Positions 41,076 to 49,952 of a stretch of DNA of 64,000 nucleotides are shown piece by piece; positions within the stretch are counted from its first letter, which is position 1; each line of letters begins with the position of its first letter. The stretch comes from an uncultured Gaiellaceae bacterium (GTDB taxonomy: Bacteria; Actinomycetota; Thermoleophilia; Gaiellales; Gaiellaceae). Under the pieces are notes generated by a model, which saw nothing but the letters and a program-made list of their open reading frames with translations, was not told the DNA's origin and made no database searches. A program made the position numbers and the translations under genes. The DNA lies in NCBI GenBank assembly GCA_963735585.1, contig CAVTLI010000003.1:14874-78873 (forward strand), in the 5' to 3' direction.

Positions 41076-42373
41076 CCCAGATCTCCTCCGACGCCGCCGC
41101 GCAGCTCGCGGCGCGCGCAACCGCAGTCATCCCAGGCGGCGTCAACAGCGGCCAGCGCCGCGTGCCCGGGCTCGAAGAGCTCGTCGTCGCCGCGACGAGC
41201 GGCTCGACCTTCACGGATGCCGAGGGCCGCGTCTACACCGACTACCACGCGGCCTTCGGCCCGCCGCTCCTCGGCCACAACGACCCCGACGTGGACGCGG
41301 CTGCAGCCGGCGCCGCCGGGCTGATGGGCGTCGGCGTCACGCCGGTCGAGATCGAGCTCGCCGAGCGTCTCGTCGACGCGGTGCCGTCGCTCGAGAAGGT
41401 GTTGCTGACCGCCACCGGGAGCGAGGCGACCTTCCACGCGCTGCGGCTCGCGCGCACGGTCACCGGCCGCCGCCACATCGTCAAGTTCCAGGGCTGCTAC
41501 CACGGCTGGCACGACGCCGTCGCCATGAACGTGATCTCGCCCGCCGAGCGGATGGGCGGGCGCGATCCGCTCTCGCAGGGAATCCTCCCGGAGGTCCTGG
41601 AGGCGACGATCGTCTGCCCCTTCAACGATGCCGACGCGGTCGAGCGCGCGCTCGCCGAGCACGACGTCGCCGCGATCATCCTCGAGCCGATCCCGCACAA
41701 CATCGGTTGCGTGCTGCCGAAGGCGGGCTTCCTCGAGCGCCTGCGCGAGCTGGCATCCAAGCACGGAACGGTGCTCGTCTTCGACGAGGTGATCACGGGC
41801 TTCCGGCACGGGCTCGGCGGCTACCAGGCGATCGCGGGCGTCACGCCCGACCTGACGACGCTCGGGAAGGCCATGGCGAACGGCTGGCCGGTCTCCGCAC
41901 TCGGCGGACGCGCCGACCTGATGGACCTCTTCTCCACGACGCCCGGACAGCCGGCCTTCTTCGCGGGGACGTTCAACGGCCACCCCGCGACCACGGCCGC
42001 CGCGCTCGCGACCGTGGACAAGCTGCAGCGCGAGCCGGTGCACGAGCACGTCTTCGCGCTCGGCGAGCGCACTCGAGAAGGCCTGCGGGCGCTCTACGAG
42101 CGGCTCGGCGTGCCGGCGGTCGTGGCCGGCTTCGGCTCCGTCTTCGTCACGTACTTCCTCGAAGGGCCGGTCGAGAGCTACGACGACCTGCTGCGGAACG
42201 ACGTCGACCTCTTCGTCGGTTACCGCCGCGAGCTGATGAAGGAAGGCATCTTCGAGCTGCCCCTCAACCTCAAGCGCAGCCATTTCTCCTACGCGCACTC
42301 GGGCGAGGACGTCGACCGGCTGCTCGAGGCGACCGAGGCGGCCGTCGGGCGGGCGCTCGACGCGCGCGCATGA
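41072..42373 (+). CDS. class III (GSA-aminomutase-like) PLP aminotransferase family enzyme
   Basis: ATG 41072 overlaps the upstream stop. VIPGGVNS, TGSEATFHALRLAR, FDEVITGFR, LGKAMANG (PLP lysine). Confidence 0.9.
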   Translation: MTQISSDAAAQLAARATAVIPGGVNSGQRRVPGLEELVVAATSGSTFTDAEGRVYTDYHAAFGPPLLGHNDPDVDAAAAGAAGLMGVGVTPVEIELAERLVDAVPSLEKVLLTATGSEATFHALRLARTVTGRRHIVKFQGCYHGWHDAVAMNVISPAERMGGRDPLSQGILPEVLEATIVCPFNDADAVERALAEHDVAAIILEPIPHNIGCVLPKAGFLERLRELASKHGTVLVFDEVITGFRHGLGGYQAIAGVTPDLTTLGKAMANGWPVSALGGRADLMDLFSTTPGQPAFFAGTFNGHPATTAAALATVDKLQREPVHEHVFALGERTREGLRALYERLGVPAVVAGFGSVFVTYFLEGPVESYDDLLRNDVDLFVGYRRELMKEGIFELPLNLKRSHFSYAHSGEDVDRLLEATEAAVGRALDARA

Positions 42374-42440
42374 CCGGCGTCGGCTTGACGGAGCCGGCCC
42401 CAGGAGCGGAGGTGCCGGCTATGCCGGCGCCGGAGCGGGC

Positions 42441-43475
42441 ATGAGCACGGTCACGACCGACGTCGCCGTCACCTGCACAATCGACCTGAACGCGGCGGGC
42501 AGGCAGATCGGGCGGCTCCAGTTCCCGAAGATCACGAACACGGGCGGCTGGGCCTACAGCTTCGTGCCGATCGCCTGCTTCGCGAACGGGGACGGCCCCA
42601 CGGTCCTCGTCTCCGGCGGCAACCACGGCGACGAGTACGAAGGTCAGGTGGCCGCTCTGCGCCTGATCCAGGAGCTGCAGCTCGAGGAAGTGACGGGTCG
42701 GATCATCGTGATCCCGGTCGTCTCGACAGATGCGTCGAAGGCGAACACGCGCATGTGGCCTTCGGGCGCGAACTTCAACCGCTCCTTCCCCGGCCGGCCC
42801 GACGGACCGCCCAACGAGCAGCTCGCCGACTACTTCACGCGCGTCCTCTTCCCGCTCGCCGACACGGTGATCGACATGCACTCGGGCGGTCGCACGGCCT
42901 GGTTCCTACCGTGCTCGCACATGCACGTCGTCGACGACGCGGAGCAGCGCCGGGCGATGCTCGAGGGCATGCAGGCCTGGAACTCGGACTGGCACTTCCT
43001 CTACATCGACGTGAACGGAAGCGGGCTCCTGCCCGTGGAGGCCGAGGCGCAGGGCAAGGTCGTGATCACGACCGAGCTCGGCGGCGGCGGCCGCGTCCCG
43101 GCGCCGGTGCACGGGCTCGCGTGGAGCGGGCTCACGAACGTCCTCCGCCACCAGGGCGTGCTCGCCGGTGAGGTGCAAACGCGCGCCTCGCTCGGACTCG
43201 CGGACGCGATCATCCTCGACGGCCGGGACCCGGCGAACTACGTGATTCTCGAGGAGGACGGGATCTTCGAGGGCCTGCTCGAGCCCGGCGAGACCGTGAC
43301 GGCGGGCGACCCCGTCGCGCGCCTCTGGTTCCCGGACACCCCGGACCGGGCTCCCGCGGTGCTGCGCGCCCCGCTCGACGGCGTGCTGGCCTGCATCCGC
43401 GCAATCCCGACGAGCGACGCCGGCGACGGCGCCTTCACGCTCGGTCAGCCGCTCGACGTCGCTCAGCTGGCCTGA
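42441..43475 (+). CDS. succinylglutamate desuccinylase/aspartoacylase-family deacylase (intact paralog)
   Basis: Track ORF 344 aa. GGNHGDEYEGQ, NFNRSFPG, IDMHSGG. Confidence 0.85.
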   Translation: MSTVTTDVAVTCTIDLNAAGRQIGRLQFPKITNTGGWAYSFVPIACFANGDGPTVLVSGGNHGDEYEGQVAALRLIQELQLEEVTGRIIVIPVVSTDASKANTRMWPSGANFNRSFPGRPDGPPNEQLADYFTRVLFPLADTVIDMHSGGRTAWFLPCSHMHVVDDAEQRRAMLEGMQAWNSDWHFLYIDVNGSGLLPVEAEAQGKVVITTELGGGGRVPAPVHGLAWSGLTNVLRHQGVLAGEVQTRASLGLADAIILDGRDPANYVILEEDGIFEGLLEPGETVTAGDPVARLWFPDTPDRAPAVLRAPLDGVLACIRAIPTSDAGDGAFTLGQPLDVAQLA

Positions 43476-43490
43476 CGTACGCCGATCTGA

Positions 43491-43907
43491 TCAGGCGTCG
43501 CCTGGAAGCGGCGCCGACGCGACTCCCACGTGCTGCTCGAGCGCCTCGCGCAGGCGTCGAGCTGCCTCGGGCGCCTCGCGCTCGAGCGCCCAGACGTCGC
43601 GCTTGAAGAGCGCGATCGCCTTCAGAGGCGAGGTCGCGACGACGGAGGCCGACCGACGACCGGCCGCCAGCACGGCAACCTCGCCGACGACCGCACCCGG
43701 CCCTACGGGAGCGACTTGCTTCCCATCCGTCGAGACCTCCGCCGAGCCGGTCTCGATCACGAAGAGCCCGTGGCCGAAGTCCCCTTCCGTCGTGATCGCC
43801 TGACCGGCTGAGAACTCGACCTCGGTCGCCATACGGGCGACGACGTCGACCTCTTGCTCGGAGATACCGTCGAAGAAAGGGATGGCGGCGACGCGTCGGG
43901 CGTCCAT
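43491..43907 (-). CDS. stand-alone cyclic-nucleotide-binding (CNB) domain protein
   Basis: Internal ATG 43907 of track ORF 43491..44213. FFDGISEQEVDVVA..., GDFGHGLFVIETG, GEVAVLAAGRRSASVVA (phosphate-binding cassette). Confidence 0.8.
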   Translation of the reverse strand: MDARRVAAIPFFDGISEQEVDVVARMATEVEFSAGQAITTEGDFGHGLFVIETGSAEVSTDGKQVAPVGPGAVVGEVAVLAAGRRSASVVATSPLKAIALFKRDVWALEREAPEAARRLREALEQHVGVASAPLPGDA

Positions 43908-43993
43908 TGCGCGAACATACCGCGCTCCGAACGGCGCTCTCGTCGCGATCTGGTGAACGTCTCGTGAAGATTGCGCCGCGCGAATCAGCTGCT

Positions 43994-44545
43994 TCAGCAG
44001 AGCCGGGTGAGGCGGCCCGTGTCGACGTCGTACAGGAAGCCACCCACCTGCAACCGCGTGAGGTACGGCCACGAGCGCACCCGCTGGACGTCGTCGCGCA
44101 CGGTCTCCTCCTGATCGCTCGTCACGAGGAAGGCGAGGCTCCTCGTGTCCGGCCCGCCGGCTTCGTGAACCGCCTCGTGCACGTCCTCCTCCTCTCCCGC
44201 AGCCATGCGGCACTTCGTGTGCGCGACGACCATGGCGCGGTCGACGCCGAGCAGGTACGACGCGAGCACGAGCGTGCGCAGGACGTCATCGGTGACCCGT
44301 GCGCCGGCGTTGCGCAGGATCTTCGCGTCGCCCGGAGCGAGACCGAGCATCGCCAGCGGCTCGATGCGCGAGTCCATGCAGGTGAGGACGGCAAGGCCCT
44401 TGGCCGCGACCGGCTCGAGCTCGGCGAGACGGAAGCCGTGGGCGTACGCCGTGTTCGCGGCGAGCACGTCTGCGAACGGGTCGCCTGACACAGCCGCATC
44501 GTAGGACAGGTTCCGTACGACGGATCGGGGGTACGGTTCCGTCAT
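43994..44545 (-). CDS. beta-class carbonic anhydrase
   Basis: Internal ATG 44545 of track ORF 43994..44884 (alternative GTG 44491). LTCMDSRI, RNAGARVTDDVLRTLV, VVAHTKCRM (Cys-His-Cys zinc ligands with the Asp-x-Arg dyad). Confidence 0.85.
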   Translation of the reverse strand: MTEPYPRSVVRNLSYDAAVSGDPFADVLAANTAYAHGFRLAELEPVAAKGLAVLTCMDSRIEPLAMLGLAPGDAKILRNAGARVTDDVLRTLVLASYLLGVDRAMVVAHTKCRMAAGEEEDVHEAVHEAGGPDTRSLAFLVTSDQEETVRDDVQRVRSWPYLTRLQVGGFLYDVDTGRLTRLC

Positions 44546-44942
44546 GGCCAAGAACGTCCTCGTCGTCAGCACCGTCGAGCACGCCGAAGACGTCCTGCGC
44601 GCCCACGTCGGCGAGGCCGAGACGATCAAGGTCGTGGTGCCGGTCGTGCGGCAGGGCGTGCTCGACTGGCTCGCGAACGACCAGAAGGCGTTCGACCGGG
44701 CAGAGCAGGTCGCCGAGCGCACCGCCGAGCAGCTCCCGGGCGAGACCGTCGACGCGGCGGCCGGCGAGGCAGACGTCGGTCTCGCGATCCGCGACGCGCT
44801 CGCGGCTTTCCCGGCGGACGAGATCGTCGTCGCGGTTCGTCCGGACGACGAGGAGGGGCTCGTCGAGGCGATCGCGACCGACACCGCCCCTCAGCACGCC
44901 GTCGACGGAGTGCCCGTCCGCTTCGTCGTGATCCGGGACTAG
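44544..44942 (+). CDS. hypothetical small alpha/beta protein (family not recognised)
   Basis: Track ORF 132 aa. Normal composition, with alternating hydrophobic strands NVLVVS, IKVVVPVV, EIVVAV, VRFVVI. Confidence 0.55.
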   Translation: MAKNVLVVSTVEHAEDVLRAHVGEAETIKVVVPVVRQGVLDWLANDQKAFDRAEQVAERTAEQLPGETVDAAAGEADVGLAIRDALAAFPADEIVVAVRPDDEEGLVEAIATDTAPQHAVDGVPVRFVVIRD

Positions 44943-44975
44943 CCCGGCTCGGGAAGACCGTGAGAAGGTGGGCCG

Positions 44976-45611
44976 GTGAGGGGTCTGCTCGACAACCGGC
45001 TCGCCGCCGTGCTCGGAGTGGCCGGCCCTCTGATCTTCCTCGCCGGTGTCATCCTCGTCAGCTGGAGCGAGCGCGACTTCATGGCCGTGCTCGGCTGGGA
45101 GAACTGGCCGAGCGGGACGGCGCTCGGCCCCAACGGGTGGGCGACCGTCCTCGTCTTCCTGCTCACCGGTCTCTGTCAGATGGCGTTCGCCCAAAGCCTC
45201 CTGGCGCAGGCCGGAAGCAGCACGGTGCGGAAGCTGGGTGCCGGCCTCCTGCTCGTGTCCGGCTTGGGAATGGCAATGCTGGCCTTCAAGACCGATCACC
45301 CCGACGCCGACATGACCTGGCACGGCCTCGTCCACGTCGTTGCGTACTTCACGTTCTTCCTGGGCTTGCTGCTCGCCTACGTCGTGCTGGCGTGGGGGTC
45401 GTGGGGCCGGCTCGAGCGGTCGTCGTGGAAGTACGCGCCGCTCGCACTCCTGCCGTGGCTCGGTGTCTTCGCGCTCCCCGACGGCCTGAAGGCGAGCAAC
45501 TACATGTTCTTCGCGGTCCTGCTGACACCGTTGCTGATCCTGGCGCTGCGCGTGCTGGCGACGGGCGGCTGGCCCGCTGCGCGGCATCCGGACGAGTCAC
45601 GTTGGTTGTAG
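44976..45611 (+). CDS. integral membrane protein (DUF998-like)
   Basis: Track ORF 211 aa. About 6 TM segments. The family name comes from memory of similar sequences. Confidence 0.6.
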   Translation: MRGLLDNRLAAVLGVAGPLIFLAGVILVSWSERDFMAVLGWENWPSGTALGPNGWATVLVFLLTGLCQMAFAQSLLAQAGSSTVRKLGAGLLLVSGLGMAMLAFKTDHPDADMTWHGLVHVVAYFTFFLGLLLAYVVLAWGSWGRLERSSWKYAPLALLPWLGVFALPDGLKASNYMFFAVLLTPLLILALRVLATGGWPAARHPDESRWL

Positions 45612-45620
45612 GTTTTCGCG

Positions 45621-46067
45621 ATGGAGATCGACTCGGACGCTCCGGCTGTGGCGCGCGGGGAGATCGAGGTTGCGGCTCCGCCGGAGGTGGTCTGGGGCGT
45701 GCTCACGGACATCGCCGACTGGCCGAGCTGGAACCCTGACGTCAAGTCCGCGTCGCTCGAAGGAGCGCTTGCCTCCGGTACGCAGTTCCGCTGGAAGGCC
45801 GGGCCGGGAACGATCACGTCGACGATCCAGACCGTCGAGCCGCCGCGGCGCATCGAGTGGACGGGGACGACGTTCGGAATCAAGGCGATCCATGTCCATC
45901 AGCTCGAACAGAAGGACGGTGGGACGATCGTCAGCTCGGCCGAGTCGTGGGACGGCCTGCCGGTCAGGCTGCTTCGCGGCTCGATGGCGAAGTCGTTGCA
46001 GAAGGCGGTCGACTCGGGGCTTCAGTACCTGAAAGTCGAGACCGAGCGACGCGATCGGCCAAGCTGA
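45621..46067 (+). CDS. SRPBCC (polyketide cyclase/START-like) family protein
   Basis: Track ORF 148 aa. EIEVAAPPEVVWGVLTDIADWPSWNPDV is the typical family N-terminus. Confidence 0.8.
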   Translation: MEIDSDAPAVARGEIEVAAPPEVVWGVLTDIADWPSWNPDVKSASLEGALASGTQFRWKAGPGTITSTIQTVEPPRRIEWTGTTFGIKAIHVHQLEQKDGGTIVSSAESWDGLPVRLLRGSMAKSLQKAVDSGLQYLKVETERRDRPS

Positions 46068-46080
46068 AAGGATCACGGTC

Positions 46081-46827
46081 GTGCCAGAGGACGTGAGCGG
46101 CAACGAGGGGTTCTTCGGCGAGCGCGTTGCATCGGTGTACGACGAGCGCACTGCCGAGATGTTCGATCCGGCTGTGGTGACGCCGGTCGTCGAGCTGCTC
46201 GCCGACCTCGCCGGAGACGGCGCCGCGCTCGAGCTCGGGATCGGTACCGGCCGGATCGCGCTGCCGCTCGCCGAGCGGGGCGTGCGCGTGCACGGCATCG
46301 ACGATTCGGAAGCGATGGTGGCCCGGCTGCGGTCGAAGCCCGGAGGCGAGCAGATCGGGGTCACGATCGGCGACTTTGCCGCGACCCGCGTGGACGGACG
46401 GTTCTCGCTCGTCTATCTCGTGTTCAACACGATCTTCAACCTCGTCACGCAGGACGACCAGGTCGCGTGCTTCCAGAACGCGGCCGCGCATCTCGAGGCC
46501 GGCGGTCGGTTCGTGATCGAGACGGGCGTACCGGGCCTGCAAAGCCTTCCGCTCGGCCAGACGATCATCCCGTTCCGCGCCGATCCCGAAGGGATGTCCT
46601 TCGACGTCTACGACGTCGTCACGCAACGGTTCAGCTCCCAGCACTACGTCTTCGTCGACGGCGCCGTCCAGACGTATCCAGTTGAATTCCGCTACGCGTG
46701 GCCGTCCGAGCTCGACCTGATGGCGCGGCTCGGCGGAATGACCTTGCAGAACCGCTGGGCCGGGTGGCACCGGGAGCCGTTCACGAGCCTCAGTCGCGCG
46801 CACGTCTCCGTGTACGAGAAGCGGTAA
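46081..46827 (+). CDS. class I SAM-dependent methyltransferase
   Basis: Track ORF 248 aa. ALELGIGTGRIALPLA, GIDDSEAMV, LEAGGRFVIE. Confidence 0.85.
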   Translation: MPEDVSGNEGFFGERVASVYDERTAEMFDPAVVTPVVELLADLAGDGAALELGIGTGRIALPLAERGVRVHGIDDSEAMVARLRSKPGGEQIGVTIGDFAATRVDGRFSLVYLVFNTIFNLVTQDDQVACFQNAAAHLEAGGRFVIETGVPGLQSLPLGQTIIPFRADPEGMSFDVYDVVTQRFSSQHYVFVDGAVQTYPVEFRYAWPSELDLMARLGGMTLQNRWAGWHREPFTSLSRAHVSVYEKR

Positions 46828-46832
46828 CGCGG

Positions 46833-47798
46833 CTACCGCGGGGAGAACACGGTCGCCCAGTCGTTCTTGATGCTGGCGACCGTCCAGGCTTCCTGCTCTG
46901 CTCGTTCGAGCGCCTGCTCCGCACCGCTCGTGTAGTCGAACTCACGCTCGGCATCGTCGTGGAGGACGAGCAGGCGCAGGAACGGCTTGTCGCCGTGCCG
47001 AGCGAAGTCGAGCATCGGGATGTCGCCGTTCGAGTTTCCCGCCGCGAGCAGCGGCCGCCGGCCCGCGCGGCTCCAGATCCGGATCGGCTTCTGCGCCCCG
47101 TCATCCAGGTAGTCGGCCACTGCCGTGTGCCTGATCGTGCCGCCGAGCTCGTCGCTCGTGTACTCGAGCGCGGCGCTGCTGCCGATCACACTTTCACGCG
47201 GAATCGAGTAGACCTCTTGACTGATCGGCCGCATGAAGTCCCGCCCGCCGCCCGAGACGATGTAGTTGGTGAAGCCATTTGCTGCCAGGTAGGACAGCAG
47301 CTCGACCATCGGCGCGTACGCGCATTCGAGGTAGCCGCGATCGAGGGTCGGATGTCGGGCGGCGCGCAGGAAGGCATCGGCCTGGGCCTCGAAGTCGTCG
47401 ATGCTGATCCCGTCATAGGCCGCCAGGATGCCCGCGGCCAGGATCTTCACGTTGCTGTCGTCTCCCGCATAGTGCTCGACCATCAACGCGCCGAGCCACC
47501 CGTGGTCCCGCTCGTGGGCCGCCTTCCACGGCTGCCGCTCGCGCAGCTCCGGCTTGGTCTCGGCCATCTCGGACAACCGGCGGAGGATGAAGTCGAGCTG
47601 GATCGGCATCGGCTTCTCACACCACAGGGTGCCGTCGTTGTCGAACGCCGCGACTCGCTCCTCGACCGGAACGGGCGGAGAGCCGTCCTCGCCGGTCACG
47701 CTCCTGACGAACGTCACGATCTGCTGCTTCGCAGGCCCGTCACGCCAGCTCTTCAGCGCTGAACCGTCCGTTGCCACGTTCTCGACGCCCTCGCTCAC
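46833..47798 (-). CDS. HAD-superfamily hydrolase (subfamily IB-like)
   Basis: Track ORF 321 aa. AAFDNDGTLW (DxDxT), IVSGGG, AAGNSNGDIPML. Confidence 0.8.
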   Translation of the reverse strand: MSEGVENVATDGSALKSWRDGPAKQQIVTFVRSVTGEDGSPPVPVEERVAAFDNDGTLWCEKPMPIQLDFILRRLSEMAETKPELRERQPWKAAHERDHGWLGALMVEHYAGDDSNVKILAAGILAAYDGISIDDFEAQADAFLRAARHPTLDRGYLECAYAPMVELLSYLAANGFTNYIVSGGGRDFMRPISQEVYSIPRESVIGSSAALEYTSDELGGTIRHTAVADYLDDGAQKPIRIWSRAGRRPLLAAGNSNGDIPMLDFARHGDKPFLRLLVLHDDAEREFDYTSGAEQALERAEQEAWTVASIKNDWATVFSPR

Positions 47799-47870
47799 GG
47801 AAGCGGATCGTGGAACGCAACCGCCGGCGATACATCATCTCGACGGGATGAACTCCACCAGGAGCTGCGG

Positions 47871-49346
47871 TCAGGCTCGCGCGCGGGCCCAGTCCGCTGG
47901 GACGTCGGAACCTCCTTCCTCGGCCAGGCGCGCACCGAAGCGGACGAAGGAGGGATGCGAAGCGATCTTCCCGGCGACGAGCGCTTCGCCCTGTCGGAAC
48001 GCCGTCGCGCGGTCGAGCAGGCTCGGAGGCACGAAGGAGAAGATGTCGCTGACGAAGCCGAGGTCGCCGAGCGAGTTCATCCTCATCAGCAGGAGGTTGT
48101 CGCACTGGCTGAGCACGTTCTCGTGAACCTTGTGCGGCCGCTGCGTCGAGACGAGCAGGTAGAGCCCGAACTTACGCCCCTCGGCGGCAATCCGGACGGC
48201 GTGCTCGGTCACGAGCGCCGTGACGGGATCCTCCGGCTTCTGTGGGCAAACGTTGTGCGCCTCGTCGATCACGACGAGGACCGGCTCGCGATCGGCGCGC
48301 CGGCGCCAGAGCGTCGCGAGCACGGCCTCCGCGGCCACTGCTTGCTCCTCACGCGTCGACAGGGAGCCGAGATCGACGACGAGACAGCGCGCATCGCGGC
48401 GCTCGACGTCGTCGACGAGCGACCCCGGCCGGCCGCGCGCCCACAGCTCCCAGCCGGGAATGCCGAGGTTTCCGACCCGGAGGCGAAGCGCCCGCGCGTG
48501 CGGCGCCTCCGACGTCGCCAACTCCTCGATCGACGTCCCGTCGCCGAGCATCTCGTCGACGAGCGCGAACTCCTCCCGGTCGGCCACCGGATCGAGCGCG
48601 AGCGCAGCCGCGCGGGCGGCTGGGTCGAGTTGCCCGATTCCGAGGTGGAGACCGTTCCCGGCGCTCCGGACGACGACGCCGCTCGCGGCCTCGGCGTAGC
48701 CTGCGGCGAGCTCCCCGTCCACCCCTGCGCGCAGCTCTCCGAGGCGGACGTAGTCCGAGTTCGGATCGAGGATGACCAGGCGGAGGTCCGTCTCGACGAG
48801 GAGCCGCTCCAGCACGAGTCCCAGCGAATAGGTCTTCCCGGAGCCCGACTGGCCGCACAGAAACGAATGCCGGTCGAATCCGCCGGCATCGAGCGTCGCC
48901 GGCACCCCGGGCGCCAGCACGAGCTCGCCGATCGAGAGTGAGGCTCTCGCAGGCCGGATCGTCGCCAGCCACTCGGCCACGTCTGCGGGATCGGCCGGGC
49001 GCACGCGAGCATCGTGGAAGGGCCGTCCGTCGCCGTCGAGGATGACGCCTTCGCCGCGGGCGGACCGGACCGTCATCCGCGTACGCAACTCGAGCGGCCC
49101 GTCGTCGCTCGTCACCTCGGAGCCTTCGACCCGGGCGAGCTCGAGCGCAACGACCTGGCCGAGCCGGCGCCCTTCGTCGCTCTCGAGCACGACGTAGCCA
49201 CCGACCTGCAGCTCCAGCCCGTGCAACGAGGCCTGCAACTCGAAGCGCCTCCCGTCGACCGACGTCGCGAGCGGCAGGATCGACTCCTCGATCTTCCGCC
49301 GCAGCGCCCGGAACTCGGCGGCCTGCTCATCGAAACGAGCGCCCAC
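47871..49346 (-). CDS. HerA/FtsK-clade ATPase (DUF87-like)
   Basis: GTG 49346 is in frame with track ORF 47871..49601. Barrel-like N-terminus (LQVGGYVVLESDEGRRLGQVVALEL). Walker A CGQSGSGKTYS, Walker B VLVVIDEAHN, LLVSTQRP. Confidence 0.8.
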   Translation of the reverse strand: MGARFDEQAAEFRALRRKIEESILPLATSVDGRRFELQASLHGLELQVGGYVVLESDEGRRLGQVVALELARVEGSEVTSDDGPLELRTRMTVRSARGEGVILDGDGRPFHDARVRPADPADVAEWLATIRPARASLSIGELVLAPGVPATLDAGGFDRHSFLCGQSGSGKTYSLGLVLERLLVETDLRLVILDPNSDYVRLGELRAGVDGELAAGYAEAASGVVVRSAGNGLHLGIGQLDPAARAAALALDPVADREEFALVDEMLGDGTSIEELATSEAPHARALRLRVGNLGIPGWELWARGRPGSLVDDVERRDARCLVVDLGSLSTREEQAVAAEAVLATLWRRRADREPVLVVIDEAHNVCPQKPEDPVTALVTEHAVRIAAEGRKFGLYLLVSTQRPHKVHENVLSQCDNLLLMRMNSLGDLGFVSDIFSFVPPSLLDRATAFRQGEALVAGKIASHPSFVRFGARLAEEGGSDVPADWARARA

Positions 49347-49348
49347 GG

Positions 49349-49903
49349 CTACCCGGGCAGCCAACCGTCGCGGTACCGCGTCGGCTCCGACTCCGGAACG
49401 GCCGCGTACGCCACATCGCTGTCTTGCGTCTCTTCGTCGGCGCACGCCCCGTGGCGACGCGCAACCTCGTCCACCGTGTAGGCACCGTAGGGCCCGAACT
49501 CCTGATTCTCGCGCGAGCTCATCGCCAGGACGACGGAGGGGCCGTCGCCGGCCCCGACGATCACGTGCTCCGTCTTCGGCGGGCAGTGCACGAAGTCCCA
49601 CTGCCGCAACGGCCGTTCCTCTCCGTCGACGATCAGGAGCGCCTCGCCCGCGAGCACGAGGAAGGCCTCCGCCTCCGTCTCCCAGTGGTACCTCGAATTG
49701 GGCTCGCCGGGCTCGAGCACGGCCAGGTTGACCCCGAGCATCGGGAAGTACGTGTCGGCGTCGAACTCCGTCGACCCGGTGAACGACACACTCTGTCGCC
49801 CCTGGCGGTGGTTCCAGCGCGCGTCACGCGCGTTCAGGACGAACCATCCCGCTCCGGCGGGCACGAGCCCCGCTTCGGTCGGTTCGAGCGGGGCCTCCGG
49901 CAT
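49349..49903 (-). CDS. cupin-domain protein
   Basis: Track ORF 184 aa. YHWETEAEAFLVLAGEALLIVDGEE..L..WDFVHCPPKTEHV. The stop lies 2 nt before the HerA-like start. Confidence 0.75.
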   Translation of the reverse strand: MPEAPLEPTEAGLVPAGAGWFVLNARDARWNHRQGRQSVSFTGSTEFDADTYFPMLGVNLAVLEPGEPNSRYHWETEAEAFLVLAGEALLIVDGEERPLRQWDFVHCPPKTEHVIVGAGDGPSVVLAMSSRENQEFGPYGAYTVDEVARRHGACADEETQDSDVAYAAVPESEPTRYRDGWLPG

Positions 49904-49952
49904 GGTCGGATGATAGTGCGGCGGGCGCGTCTCGGTCCCGCCAGCGTGCTGG

